Shown here: positions 8,659 to 18,274 of the stretch, piece after piece
How positions within the stretch are numbered: position 1 is the stretch's first letter
Layout: each line of letters begins with the position of its first letter
Assembly (NCBI GenBank): GCA_046350615.1
Contig: JAXMAA010000001.1
Span: 200,480-264,479 of the forward strand
Length of the DNA: 64,000 nucleotides
Direction: 5' to 3'
DNA from: Candidatus Saccharimonadales bacterium
GTDB lineage: Bacteria > Patescibacteriota > Saccharimonadia > Saccharimonadales > UBA7683
The notes under the pieces: generated by a model
What the model saw: only the letters and a program-made list of their open reading frames with translations
What the model was told of the DNA's origin: nothing
The model's database searches: none
Position numbers and translations under genes: made by a program

Positions 8659-8685
8659 TAAGTATTCGCTCCTTACCTTAGATGT

Positions 8686-9489
8686 TTATAGTATTTTAAC
8701 AGATACCAGAAGAATAAGCACGAGTGCTAAAATAATTCGGTACCAGCCAAACCAATAAAGACCCTTCTTCGCCAAAATCTTCAGAAGAATGTGGATAGCC
8801 ACCATACCCGATACAAACGAGATGGCGTTAGAGAAAATGAAAACAGCGGTTTCAGTTTGAATAAACTTTTGACCCTCAGCACTCACTAATACCTTCAGTG
8901 CAGCACCAAAAATTACTGGCACACTCATCAAGAAGCTCCATTCAGCCGCTACTTTCGTTTTAATACCAAGCTTTAACGCCATGAGCATTGTTACACCCGA
9001 ACGAGACGAACCAGATATAAGCGAAACGCACTGGGCCAAGCCAATAAGTAGCACTTGTGTATAGGTAATTTTGTGAAGGTCTAGATTAACCCTCAAACTC
9101 TCATCTGGCTTCCAGTTAGCTGAGAGTATCATTAGAATTCCGATGAGCAGGAGCATGATAATGGCTGTCGATGTACCGTGAAGATGTGCTGAAATAAAAT
9201 CTTGTAACGTGAAGCCGACCAATACCGCAGGTATAGTTGCAACTAAAAGTTTGAGCGTTAAACTGAAATCTCTTCTTTGCAGAATATCAAGAATAATCTC
9301 AATGAACCGTTTTCTGTAATAGATAATCACCGCAAGAAGCGTACCGAAACTCACAAGTACATCAAATTCAAACGAACTTGGGTTATTCAAAAGTCTACTG
9401 AAGATAAGCACATGCCCAGAGCTTGAGACAGGCAAGAATTCGGTAACGCCTTGGATAAGGCCGAGAATGACCGCAATCAAAATGCTCAT
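8686..9489 (-). CDS. uppP: undecaprenyl-diphosphate phosphatase
   Basis: GVTEFLPVSSSGH signature near the N-terminus. Polytopic membrane protein of 267 aa. Confidence 0.85.
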   Translation of the reverse strand: MSILIAVILGLIQGVTEFLPVSSSGHVLIFSRLLNNPSSFEFDVLVSFGTLLAVIIYYRKRFIEIILDILQRRDFSLTLKLLVATIPAVLVGFTLQDFISAHLHGTSTAIIMLLLIGILMILSANWKPDESLRVNLDLHKITYTQVLLIGLAQCVSLISGSSRSGVTMLMALKLGIKTKVAAEWSFLMSVPVIFGAALKVLVSAEGQKFIQTETAVFIFSNAISFVSGMVAIHILLKILAKKGLYWFGWYRIILALVLILLVSVKIL

Positions 9490-9681
9490 GAGGTCTAGTA
9501 TAGCACTCTGGCAGGAGTTCGCCTGCCACGTGGTTGGTAGTTTTTAGTTCATGGGTCGCCCGGCCTCGATCTCATTGTTCTTTCCCTTATTTCATTTTTC
9601 GTATTCCATGCCTCTTACTACATACTATTTTTTACAAGACTAGTTACCTCGCGATGCACCAGTATCACTACTAAACACATA

Positions 9682-10766
9682 ACACTCTGACTTGCCCACA
9701 TTCCTCAATTGCCTGACAATATGTCAAGTGAATGAAAAACAAATAGCAGAAATCCAAACCTTTCGTAAAACAACTACTGAAGTAGCAGCAGCACATCGGG
9801 CGCTGGCAGTATTACTGCTCGTGCAAGGTGGTGACATGCACTTCTCGGTATACGGCATTGACCATGCTAGACGCCTGAAATATGCATACCTTAGACACGG
9901 TATTGACGCTTTCTTGGATAAGCGCAGGAGTAATCGGAAGCGAGTCCTGACGGCAGCTGAACGCCAAGCGGTTATCTTTGTACTGCAGCACCGTGAGCCG
10001 AAAGACTTGGTTCCAGGTTGTGAATCTGAGCAGTGGTCAACCTACTGGTTGGGACAATACATCTTGGCCTTCACGGGTAAGCGCTACAAGTCTAAGACCA
10101 GTCACTACCTGTTATTCAAAGAAGCCAAGCTGAGCTTTCATCTGCCGGGTAAAGTCTACGAACGCTCTGACCCAGAGACACGAGCCACCTGGATAGAGAC
10201 AACGGAGCCCCTCCTCGTTCGCTACTGGGCTGACCCTAATACGGTTATTCTCTGTGAAGATGAGATGGTGCTCACCAACGCTACTACCACCCAAAGGATA
10301 TGGTTGCCAAAAGGAGCCTATCCACCAGTCTTAGACGTAAACACTACTAAGAAACGCTGTAGCTTCTACGGCTTCTTGAACCTAAAGACTGGTCAACAAC
10401 ATACCTTTACCGCAGACTGGCAGAATATGTACATAACAGCTGAGATACTTACTAAAGTACGAGCACTCTACCCAAAGAAGAAGCTGATCCTCATCTGGGA
10501 CAATGCAGGCTGGCATAGAGGTAGTGAGGTACAAAAGTGGATTGAACAGGATGGTAATACCCAAACCATTTACTTCCCACCCTACACCCCGGACTTAAAC
10601 CCTCAGGAACACGTCTGGAAAGCAGGCCGAGTAGCGGTGACTCACAACCAGCATATTACCAACCTAGCAGAAACAGCCGAACGGTTCAGGCACTACCTGA
10701 CAAATAGAACATTTACCTACGAGCTACTCGGCTTCCGAGCTGACCCAGGTGGGCAAGTTTAAGTGT
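9682..10766 (+). mobile_element. IS630 (Tc1/mariner superfamily) insertion sequence, apparently intact
   Basis: Imperfect 18-bp terminal inverted repeats acactctgacttgcccac (9682-9699) / gtgggcaagtttaagtgt (10749-10766). Flanked by TA at 9680-9681 and 10767-10768 (the TA target duplication typical of IS630). Confidence 0.85.
9692..10762 (+). CDS. IS630-family DDE transposase
   Basis: ILIWDNAGWHRG and PPYTPDLNPQEHVWK motifs. No in-frame ATG near the 5' end; start is TTG 9692 or GTG 9728. Confidence 0.85.
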   Translation: MPTFLNCLTICQVNEKQIAEIQTFRKTTTEVAAAHRALAVLLLVQGGDMHFSVYGIDHARRLKYAYLRHGIDAFLDKRRSNRKRVLTAAERQAVIFVLQHREPKDLVPGCESEQWSTYWLGQYILAFTGKRYKSKTSHYLLFKEAKLSFHLPGKVYERSDPETRATWIETTEPLLVRYWADPNTVILCEDEMVLTNATTTQRIWLPKGAYPPVLDVNTTKKRCSFYGFLNLKTGQQHTFTADWQNMYITAEILTKVRALYPKKKLILIWDNAGWHRGSEVQKWIEQDGNTQTIYFPPYTPDLNPQEHVWKAGRVAVTHNQHITNLAETAERFRHYLTNRTFTYELLGFRADPGGQV

Positions 10767-10776
10767 TATTTCTTTA

Positions 10777-10801
10777 GATCCCGGATCAAGTCCGGGATGA
10801 C
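10777..10801. repeat. hairpin repeat unit
   Basis: gatcccggatcaagtccgggatgac (stem atcccgga/tccgggat), followed by the ctaagaactaaggtctaagatct motif at about 10826-10860. Confidence 0.75.
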
Positions 10802-10879
10802 AGAAGGGAAAGCTCTTCTAAGCTCCGAGATCTAAGAACTAAGGTCTAAGATCTATTTACTATCTGATACAATGAGCTT

Positions 10880-11809
10880 ATGGCTAGCCCGTATTTGTCT
10901 GATACCATCATTGAATTTTTGGAGTATTTGGAGATTGAACAAAATCGTTCACAGAAAACGATTGCCAATTACCACCACTATCTCATGCGACTTGTTGAAT
11001 TTGCGGGTGATGTGCCTGTTGATAAAATCAGCCCAGAAACCGTACGCAAATGGCGGTTGTGGCTCAACCGGCTAGAAAATGAACAGAAAAACGAGATCTC
11101 GACCACAACACAAAATTATCATCTCATCGCCCTCAGAAGTTTTTTAAAATTTTGTTCAAAACGAAATATTGCCTCGCTGCCGCCTGAAAAGGTTGAACTT
11201 GCCAGGGTAAAACGTAAACGGGTTACTTTCTTAACAACAGATGAACTGGAGGCATTATTTGCCCAGCCTGACGTGAATACAGAAATTGGTCTGCGAGATA
11301 GAACCATTCTGGAGTTGCTCTTTAGCGGAGGTCTGCGGGTTTCAGAACTTGTTGGGCTGGACACCGCGCACGTTAGCGCCAAACGTCGTGAATTTACTGT
11401 TCGTGGGAAGGGCCAGAAAGATCGGCCGATATTTATGGGTGAAGCCGCAGCATATTGGATTGATACCTACACTAGCAAACGCACCGATAGCTCACCGGCC
11501 CTCTTTATTCGATACGGAGGCAGCAAAGAGCAAGATACAAGTGGTGATTTTCTACGGCTCACACCAAGGAGTATTCAACGAACTATAATTCGCTATGCAA
11601 AGCTAGCTGGCATTACTAAAAAAGTTACTCCACACACACTTCGACACAGCTTTGCCACTGACCTTCTCATGAACGGAGCCGATATTAGAAGTGTCCAAAC
11701 AATGCTTGGCCATAGCGATATTTCAACAACACAAATTTACACTCACGTAACCGATCCGCACCTCAAAGAAGTCCATAAAAAGTTTCACCGTGATATTACT
11801 AGTCGGTAA
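10880..11809 (+). CDS. tyrosine site-specific recombinase (XerC/XerD-like)
   Basis: C-terminal HTLRHSFATDLLMNGADIRSVQTMLGHSDISTTQIYTHV (R..HxxR..Y catalytic pattern). SAM-like N-terminal domain. Confidence 0.8.
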   Translation: MASPYLSDTIIEFLEYLEIEQNRSQKTIANYHHYLMRLVEFAGDVPVDKISPETVRKWRLWLNRLENEQKNEISTTTQNYHLIALRSFLKFCSKRNIASLPPEKVELARVKRKRVTFLTTDELEALFAQPDVNTEIGLRDRTILELLFSGGLRVSELVGLDTAHVSAKRREFTVRGKGQKDRPIFMGEAAAYWIDTYTSKRTDSSPALFIRYGGSKEQDTSGDFLRLTPRSIQRTIIRYAKLAGITKKVTPHTLRHSFATDLLMNGADIRSVQTMLGHSDISTTQIYTHVTDPHLKEVHKKFHRDITSR

Positions 11810-12890
11810 GCGGATTGCACTTACTGTTAAATTCTTCAGGCTTGTCGGTAACGCTAAATAATTTACAGATCCCTTCAGCAGATATAACAGCCGCATCTGG
11901 AGTTGTATCGTTAAAATACCCACCTGCAATCGGGAACGCCTGACGCACTCGACGATAGACATCCTTAGCCCTACCCGTAACATCAATTGTCGCCTGTGTA
12001 TCGGCCAGCTCCACATCTATACCACCTCGAGAGAGAGTAACTTCAAAATCAGTACTGCGATAAATTGAACCTACCCTTAAGTACAGAATATCGCTGCCGA
12101 AATCGTAACCATTTAAGTTAATTGTTTTCTCGCAGAAATAACCACTCGTTGATTGGCAATCAGCATTTGAAATCAGAGTGTCTCCTGAGTTTGCGCTTCC
12201 CTTTGTAAATGCAAGCGACGAGTTTTGTTTAGCTGGGTTCAGAAAAGCTACGCTCTGACCGATAGCATCACGTGATATCGCAGTTTTTGGGTGGTTAATC
12301 AGCGAGACTCTGAGCATTGAGTTAAATTCTCCGTTGGCATTCTTCCAGTCTGTGATCTGAGGTAAAGTTTGTTGGCTGTTTTCTCGCGCAGCTGGCAAAT
12401 TACTCACAGGCGTCGTATTAGTTGGCTTAAGTGACCACCTTATCCTCAGCACATAATTGCCACTGCTCGGCAGGCTTACCGGATTCAACCGGAACATTGC
12501 TGTACTCTGATTTGGAAAAGGACTTGTGGTACCAGAAATATTCTTTGGCGTACGATCGATGATCTGGCACGTATAAGAAAGTCCGTAATCATACGGTTGG
12601 CCCGATGGTTTGAGCGAAGTATCGCCCAGTCTTCCTTGACTATCACCACCGAGAAACGGCTTACAATCTGGTCGGTTAAGACCCGGATCTGCCTTAAATG
12701 CCCGCAGCGCATCTTGAATACCAGATTCGGCAGAATAATAGGCGCGGGTACTCATATCGTAATTCACTGCACTGCGCTGCTGTGAAAGTGCGCTCGCCAA
12801 ATACGCCAGTATCACTATGGTAATAATGATGATAAATATAACCACACTTATAAGCGACACTGCTCCACGCTGATCTAGTTGCTTCTTCAT
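11799..12890 (-). CDS. PilX-like pilus-associated protein
   Basis: N-terminus QRGAVSLISVVIFIIIITIVILAYL...YYSAESGIQDAL resembles the PilX N-terminal domain. Last gene of the minor pilin operon (4-nt overlap). Confidence 0.55.
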   Translation of the reverse strand: MKKQLDQRGAVSLISVVIFIIIITIVILAYLASALSQQRSAVNYDMSTRAYYSAESGIQDALRAFKADPGLNRPDCKPFLGGDSQGRLGDTSLKPSGQPYDYGLSYTCQIIDRTPKNISGTTSPFPNQSTAMFRLNPVSLPSSGNYVLRIRWSLKPTNTTPVSNLPAARENSQQTLPQITDWKNANGEFNSMLRVSLINHPKTAISRDAIGQSVAFLNPAKQNSSLAFTKGSANSGDTLISNADCQSTSGYFCEKTINLNGYDFGSDILYLRVGSIYRSTDFEVTLSRGGIDVELADTQATIDVTGRAKDVYRRVRQAFPIAGGYFNDTTPDAAVISAEGICKLFSVTDKPEEFNSKCNPLTD

Positions 12891-13519
12891 TTCAAGGAAC
12901 CTCTTGCATTAATAATAAAACTGAAACGCTCCACGGCACAAGTTCTGACGGCAGAATTGAGCGCTCCACCTTGGCAGCGAACTTTTTCCGGATCATTAAC
13001 ATCATGAAAGATAGTGTCTTGACCTACCGTTCTAAATGTCCCCGAAACCTTGAACAACGCGCCAGAAAGCTGCTCTTTGGCGGTCGTATCAGCTGGTCTA
13101 ATATTCGTTACTTCAAGCTTTGCCACATGGTATCTGTCGTCAACAAGCTCGAGTCTACCCTCGACACCCTCCACTTTTTCGGTGCAGCTATTGGTGTCTC
13201 GATAAAGTCCAGTGGCCTCATCGCCTATCGGCCAATAATACCGAGCGCCGGCTAAGCAGAGAACCTCCCACGTATCACCTTCACGTTTTTCAGATTGCGC
13301 TACGGCATTTTGGGGCATATTACGTAGCGTGCGCGTGATATCCTCGGTAGTACGTTGCACCGCCTCTGAAAGCTGCTTTCTAACCGTTCCCCGTGTGAAG
13401 CTGCGGTTCATTGCAATAAAACCGGCCGTGCTAATTACCATCACGGTAGTAAAAATGGTCATTGAAAGCAAAAGCTCCACAAGCGTAAACCCCTGTTGAT
13501 TAGCTCGTTTTCTGCTCAT
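12887..13519 (-). CDS. minor (pseudo)pilin with prepilin-type N-terminal methylation motif
   Basis: Leader MSRKRANQQG then FTLVELLLSMTIF (G/F cleavage site, Glu at +5). Confidence 0.75.
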   Translation of the reverse strand: MSRKRANQQGFTLVELLLSMTIFTTVMVISTAGFIAMNRSFTRGTVRKQLSEAVQRTTEDITRTLRNMPQNAVAQSEKREGDTWEVLCLAGARYYWPIGDEATGLYRDTNSCTEKVEGVEGRLELVDDRYHVAKLEVTNIRPADTTAKEQLSGALFKVSGTFRTVGQDTIFHDVNDPEKVRCQGGALNSAVRTCAVERFSFIINARGSLK

Positions 13520-14040
13520 TTATTGATCCTCACAATAAACTGCGAGTTATCAAGCTTCTGAGTGCCACCCGTAACTCGCCAACAGGCTCGAACATAAAAG
13601 TCATAGTAATCACCTGCTCCACTGCCGACTTTACGTTGATACCAGACTCGCTGAGTTAGATCATCTATCTTCTTTGTGCCACCGGTTGGTACAATCTGAC
13701 CGGCATCCTCTGTTATCCAAGCGCTGCCACTGCCGGCAGATTCGTCTTTAGTAAGATCAATATCATCACAAGGATTCTCTTTCGGCGTTACTGATCCCAA
13801 AAGTGCACCCTTAACAAGATCTTCGTGATTAATCTGATTATACGCTTTAATGAGCTCGGCCTGTTCTTTTAATTGATTTACCATTACGACTCGCTGGCGT
13901 GCCGCAAGACTTATTTGCGATGCTCGGTTGGTGACTGACCAAGATGTAAAGAGCACAAGCGCCAAAAGGGCCATTGCTAAAATAACCTCTATAATCGTGT
14001 CGCCGGACTGGCTCATCCTTAATTTATTCATGTTGTACAT
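13516..14040 (-). CDS. minor (pseudo)pilin, atypical +1 residue
   Basis: …SQSG then DTIIEVILAMALLALV (Glu at +5, hydrophobic helix). Translationally coupled to its neighbours. Confidence 0.6.
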   Translation of the reverse strand: MYNMNKLRMSQSGDTIIEVILAMALLALVLFTSWSVTNRASQISLAARQRVVMVNQLKEQAELIKAYNQINHEDLVKGALLGSVTPKENPCDDIDLTKDESAGSGSAWITEDAGQIVPTGGTKKIDDLTQRVWYQRKVGSGAGDYYDFYVRACWRVTGGTQKLDNSQFIVRINK

Positions 14041-14780
14041 CCTTTACTGTTCAGTTCTGGCTGAGAGCTCGTGGTTGTAAACGTGAGTGATGCCTTGCGA
14101 CCCGAAAGGCTCAGTGTTGCACACTGGTTTGATACGTCGCTCAACACTGTTCCGGAGCTGCCTATGGCTAGTAGTTGGTCTTCTGCATCTGTAAATGTTA
14201 GGTTCGGGTCATAGAAGAAGTAGTGCTTGCTTGTACTGTTCGGGTTCTGTACATAACCAAAGCGCACAACAGGATCGACTTGCATACCGCTTTTGTGGGC
14301 CTTCTTGATAGGCTTATCTTCATCACTCGTTAAGATACGAGGCTTAAAACAATCTACAATAGTTGCAATGTCATCCTGCTGACAATCTTCAGGCACATCG
14401 GCGGTTCTTAACGAAATAATGGAGTAATAGGCTGCCTCATCTTTTGTAAGTTCAACCAAACGACCGTTCACAACACAGCCGGCTGAAGTGCCCGCCTCGG
14501 AGCCAGCTGATGTAAAAACTGGCGCCTCTTTACCCGCGACTAATCCTTTTTGACATGAGCCATTAGCCCGACGATTGACGCCAACTTCAGTGTTACTGAT
14601 TTCGCGCACAATATCGGATTGGAGTGAACGAGTAGCATCAGTAAAACGCGTATTACGCAGGCGCGGCCCCAGACCGGTAAAAGCAATCAAAGCCAGTGCA
14701 CTTGAGATCGCTAAAAAGAGCATTACCTCAAGTAATGTGTAGCCGCCTCCACCACTGGATAATCTGGTTGGTCTTCTCAC
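14028..14780 (-). CDS. minor (pseudo)pilin (GspH/FimT-like size)
   Basis: …SSGGGG then YTLLEVMLFLAISSAL prepilin motif. 250 aa. Confidence 0.7.
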   Translation of the reverse strand: MRRPTRLSSGGGGYTLLEVMLFLAISSALALIAFTGLGPRLRNTRFTDATRSLQSDIVREISNTEVGVNRRANGSCQKGLVAGKEAPVFTSAGSEAGTSAGCVVNGRLVELTKDEAAYYSIISLRTADVPEDCQQDDIATIVDCFKPRILTSDEDKPIKKAHKSGMQVDPVVRFGYVQNPNSTSKHYFFYDPNLTFTDAEDQLLAIGSSGTVLSDVSNQCATLSLSGRKASLTFTTTSSQPELNSKGCTT

Positions 14781-14832
14781 CCGTTCTCCTTGGCTTTATT
14801 TTACCATAAGAGCTTTACCAATAAAGCTTATT

Positions 14833-15660
14833 TTAAACAGCAAGACCACTTACTTTGAGATACCAATCGATAATAGCTTGACCCCAGAGTAGTGCAAAGT
14901 ATGCTCCCAGCAGCAGGAATGGACCGAATGGCACTCGCATTTTTTTATGATATTTGCCCATGAATAGCAGTACGAGTACCACCGCAAGCGCAAGATATGT
15001 TGCAGCCGTCAGACCGATAATCGAACCCTGCCAACCCAGAATGAGCCCGAGCACAAAACCCAGTCTTACATCGCCACCGCCAATCCATTTGCCTTTTGAA
15101 AGCTGATACAAAATATAGAAGAATCCACCAAACCCAATGCTGCCAAGCAACCCAGAAATTATTGGCATAAAGCTTGCCTGGTCAACCGAACTAAGTGCCA
15201 CAAAAAGTACTGCAAAAAGACCCAACCAGTACACTAAACGTGTCGGCAAAATCATCCACTTGATATCCGAAAGGCTCAGTGCAATCGCTATTGTGAGAAA
15301 GCCTAAAAAGGCACCATATACACCAATCTGGGCTGCCGCACCAAGCTGATGTGGCCAGAAGATGTACGAAGTTGCAAAAAGTAGTGCCGTAAGCAGCTCC
15401 ACCAAAACATAATGAAGACTGACCGGTTTTTTACAGTATCGACACTTGCCTTTCAGGATAATAAAACTTACGACCGGTATGAGATCCTTCCAACCAAGTA
15501 CATGGCCGCAGTCAGTACACATCGAACGACCTTTTATAATAGAAAGTTCAGCTTTTTTAAACTTTGACTTCTTTTTATCTTGTTCGTGCACCCGCCAGAC
15601 AAACGCATTTATAAAGCTCCCGAACGCTAACCCAAGAATAATAAGAATAGCGATTATCAT
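14833..15660 (-). CDS. pilD: prepilin peptidase (A24 family)
   Basis: Cys-rich Zn-binding loop CTDCGHVL...CRYCKKPV, polytopic membrane protein, GGGDVRLG aspartyl motif. Confidence 0.85.
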   Translation of the reverse strand: MIIAILIILGLAFGSFINAFVWRVHEQDKKKSKFKKAELSIIKGRSMCTDCGHVLGWKDLIPVVSFIILKGKCRYCKKPVSLHYVLVELLTALLFATSYIFWPHQLGAAAQIGVYGAFLGFLTIAIALSLSDIKWMILPTRLVYWLGLFAVLFVALSSVDQASFMPIISGLLGSIGFGGFFYILYQLSKGKWIGGGDVRLGFVLGLILGWQGSIIGLTAATYLALAVVLVLLFMGKYHKKMRVPFGPFLLLGAYFALLWGQAIIDWYLKVSGLAV

Positions 15661-15675
15661 GCAAGAATATTCTCA

Positions 15676-16176
15676 CTACTGCCGAGAATCACGACAAGTC
15701 TCACCCTTCTCAAGCTTCATTCTAATAACGTAATCTCTGTTGTTGCCGTTAATTTTGCCGCCATCACACATGGTCATGATTTTTAACCCAAAGAAGTTCT
15801 CGGGATAATAACTAATTGACCCGGGTGCAGCAGACGCATAGCCGTCTTGCGCAATTGTTTCAATGTACGGGGTATCTGAAGATGGGTCTTTCAGCGAAGG
15901 TATGTACTCTGTCTTAAAGTTTTTAAACTCCTCACTACCATTATTGACAACATACGTTGGGTACTTACCGTTATTATCTGCAGCATAGTTTTCAAGCTCA
16001 CCAGCAATTTTAGCGAGATCAGCCCGCCTCTGTGAATCTCTCCGGTTAGCTGAAGCCTGGCCGTAGGCAACAAACGCCATAGCAAATATTAAACTCCCCA
16101 CTGCAAGCACCAAGATCACTTCAATTAGAGTAAACCCTACGATATCTTTTTTAAGTCTGTACATGTTATCTCGCAT
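15676..16176 (-). CDS. type IV pilin, paralog 2
   Basis: Leader …KKDIVG then FTLIEVILVLAVGSLIF. The C-terminus KLEKGETCRDSRQ parallels the neighbouring pilin. Confidence 0.8.
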   Translation of the reverse strand: MRDNMYRLKKDIVGFTLIEVILVLAVGSLIFAMAFVAYGQASANRRDSQRRADLAKIAGELENYAADNNGKYPTYVVNNGSEEFKNFKTEYIPSLKDPSSDTPYIETIAQDGYASAAPGSISYYPENFFGLKIMTMCDGGKINGNNRDYVIRMKLEKGETCRDSRQ

Positions 16177-16231
16177 GGAACCTAACCGGTTGTTATAGTT
16201 ATCAATAAGAAACGTACCAACTGAAGCTAGC

Positions 16232-16711
16232 CTAGCTCCCGGAATCTCGGCAAGCTATGCCTTTTTCAAGCTTAACTTCTAACATATAGTTCTTTGACCC
16301 ACTCGCCCCAGAACATGTAGTGCCGGGTGTGTAGAGTATGTAATTAGGCTTACTTGATGTCGCTGCAAAGTTTGTTGCATTCACTGATTCGTAGGTATTT
16401 CCTTCAGGATCCTTAAACTCAGCACCCTTCATATAGGTGTTGAGAAAATAGTTGAATGTAGGCTTTGCTGCTGTTGCTCCTGAAACACCTACAGAAGCCG
16501 TTGGAATTACATTCTGATTATCGCCAGAATAATTGGCAATTTCAGCAACAATCCTGCCGGCATCATTTCTCCTTTGGGTATCACGACGATTCGTTGCAAC
16601 TTGCTGATAGGCAAGAAATGCCAAGAGGAATATTAGGCCACCGATTGCCAGTACTAAAACAACTTCAATCAGTGTGAAGCCTTTTTTGTTTAATTTTTTA
16701 CTCATGCCCAA
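16232..16711 (-). CDS. pilA: type IV pilin, paralog 1 (likely major pilin)
   Basis: Leader MSKKLNKKG then FTLIEVVLVLAIGGLIFLLAF. C-terminal Cys pair (TCSGAS...IACRDS). First gene after the pil core block. Confidence 0.8.
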   Translation of the reverse strand: MGMSKKLNKKGFTLIEVVLVLAIGGLIFLLAFLAYQQVATNRRDTQRRNDAGRIVAEIANYSGDNQNVIPTASVGVSGATAAKPTFNYFLNTYMKGAEFKDPEGNTYESVNATNFAATSSKPNYILYTPGTTCSGASGSKNYMLEVKLEKGIACRDSGS

Positions 16712-16864
16712 CCCTTTCTACTTATATCTTCTAAGATGCTAGTGCTTATTATAGTCCCACCCCTTGGGATGTCAATAGGGAAGGTTCGTGGTTCGTTGAT
16801 CGTAAGCCGTGATTGGTTTTATCTTCCTATCTTTTTCGTTTTTCAACCTTAAAGTCCGTCTTTT

Positions 16865-16933
16865 GTCATCCTGAACTTGTTTCAGGATCTGGGTTTGGTA
16901 CTCGGTTGGATCCTGAAGCAAGTGCAGGATGAC
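16865..16933. repeat. 69-bp inverted-pair hairpin element
   Basis: gtcatcctgaacttgtttcaggatc-19 nt-gatcctgaagcaagtgcaggatgac. Its right unit is the outer end of pil inverted-repeat arm A. Confidence 0.85.
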
Positions 16934-17047
16934 GGAGGGGAGGGTTTGTGCCAACCGAGAATAGATCTCTCCACAAGGTCGAGATGACAGCCTTTGTGTA
17001 TATTGTCTCAGGTCTACCCTCTATTAGCTATTTGCTGTTATCTGCTC
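16910..17047. repeat. pil inverted-repeat arm A (138 bp)
   Basis: The reverse complement matches 23863-24000 at 137/138 positions (g17027 vs a23883). Ends 2 nt before the pilC stop codon. Confidence 0.95.
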
Positions 17048-17049
17048 CC

Positions 17050-18264
17050 CTAAGGAGCGATGCTCTCACTGGCCAGATTATAGACTGGCAGCAAGATCGC
17101 CAAAACAATACCACCAACGACGATTGCCAAAATCACCATCAAGATAGGTTCAATAGTTGTGCTGATGGTTTTAATCTTATTATCAAGCTCATTTTCGTAA
17201 TACGTTGCTGCTTTATCCATCATTTTATCAATTGCACCCGATTGTTCCCCCACCTTGAGCATTTGCGGGACCAGTGGCAAGAATGTGTCTGGCTCGGCCT
17301 TAAGTGCAACGGAAAGCGCCTTACCACCCTTTACTTTCACTGCAGCATTTGTGATAGCTTTTGAAACCTGCACGTTATCTACCGCCTGAGAGGTGATCCT
17401 TAGCATCTCTAGCATCATCACACCACTACCCATTAACGTCTCGCCGGTTCTGCAAAATCGTGCCATGTAGAGCTTTTGGAACAGATCGCCAAAAAGCGGT
17501 ACGCGAAGCTTAAACTCATCAATTACCGCTCTGCCCGGACCCGTGCGTGCCCAGCGCACAAGGAAGAATGCAGCCGCTGCCACAATAAGAATTACTAGCC
17601 ACCAGAAGTTAATAATAAACTTGGCTAACCCAATAAGAATTCCTGTCAAAAACGGAAGTTCTTTGTTGAAGTCTTTATAGATAAGCTCTATCTGCGGCAC
17701 CACTGTTGTGAGAAGGAAGATCACCACAGCAGTGATCACAATAACCACAATGATCGGATATACAAGCGCACCGCGAACCTTGCTTACGATATCGGCATCT
17801 TTCTCTTGTTGCATAGCAATTCTATCGAGCGCTTTATCAAGCGTACCTGAGGCTTCACCCGCAGCCACCAGAGCAACATATACGTTATTAAAGACCCTCG
17901 GATGCTTGCCAAGCGACTCAGCAAACGACGTACCGCCTTCAACAGATGAAACAACCTTTGCCAAAACCTCTTTAAGAGGTTTTGAGTCGGTTTGCTCTTG
18001 CGCAGTCCTGAGACTCTGCGTGAGCGGTAAGCCGGCATTGATCAGAGTTGCAAGCTGGCGAGTAAAAATGATGCGATCTTTGGTGCGAACTTTTGAACTA
18101 CTTCGGCCGAATAATCCTTGGTTCGTTAGCTGCGACTTGATTTTGAGCGGCGCAAGTTCTTGGGCCACCAATAACTTTGCAGCCGCCCCTTCAGACTCTG
18201 CCTCAACAATGCCCTTTACGGTATTGCCCACCTTATTTTTAGCTGTATATTCGTAGCTCAGCAT
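17050..18264 (-). CDS. pilC: type IV pilus platform protein (GspF/PilC family)
   Basis: 404 aa, duplicated T2SS-F domain, three TM segments. Motifs IFTRQLATLINAGLPL and FCRTGETLMGSGV. Confidence 0.9.
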   Translation of the reverse strand: MLSYEYTAKNKVGNTVKGIVEAESEGAAAKLLVAQELAPLKIKSQLTNQGLFGRSSSKVRTKDRIIFTRQLATLINAGLPLTQSLRTAQEQTDSKPLKEVLAKVVSSVEGGTSFAESLGKHPRVFNNVYVALVAAGEASGTLDKALDRIAMQQEKDADIVSKVRGALVYPIIVVIVITAVVIFLLTTVVPQIELIYKDFNKELPFLTGILIGLAKFIINFWWLVILIVAAAAFFLVRWARTGPGRAVIDEFKLRVPLFGDLFQKLYMARFCRTGETLMGSGVMMLEMLRITSQAVDNVQVSKAITNAAVKVKGGKALSVALKAEPDTFLPLVPQMLKVGEQSGAIDKMMDKAATYYENELDNKIKTISTTIEPILMVILAIVVGGIVLAILLPVYNLASESIAP

Positions 18265-18274
18265 TCTACAACCC

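Noticed and set aside
16948-18256. ORFs 16948-17364 (+) and 17708-18256 (+)
   Set aside because: They are antisense to the well-supported pilC gene, or read through repeat arm A.
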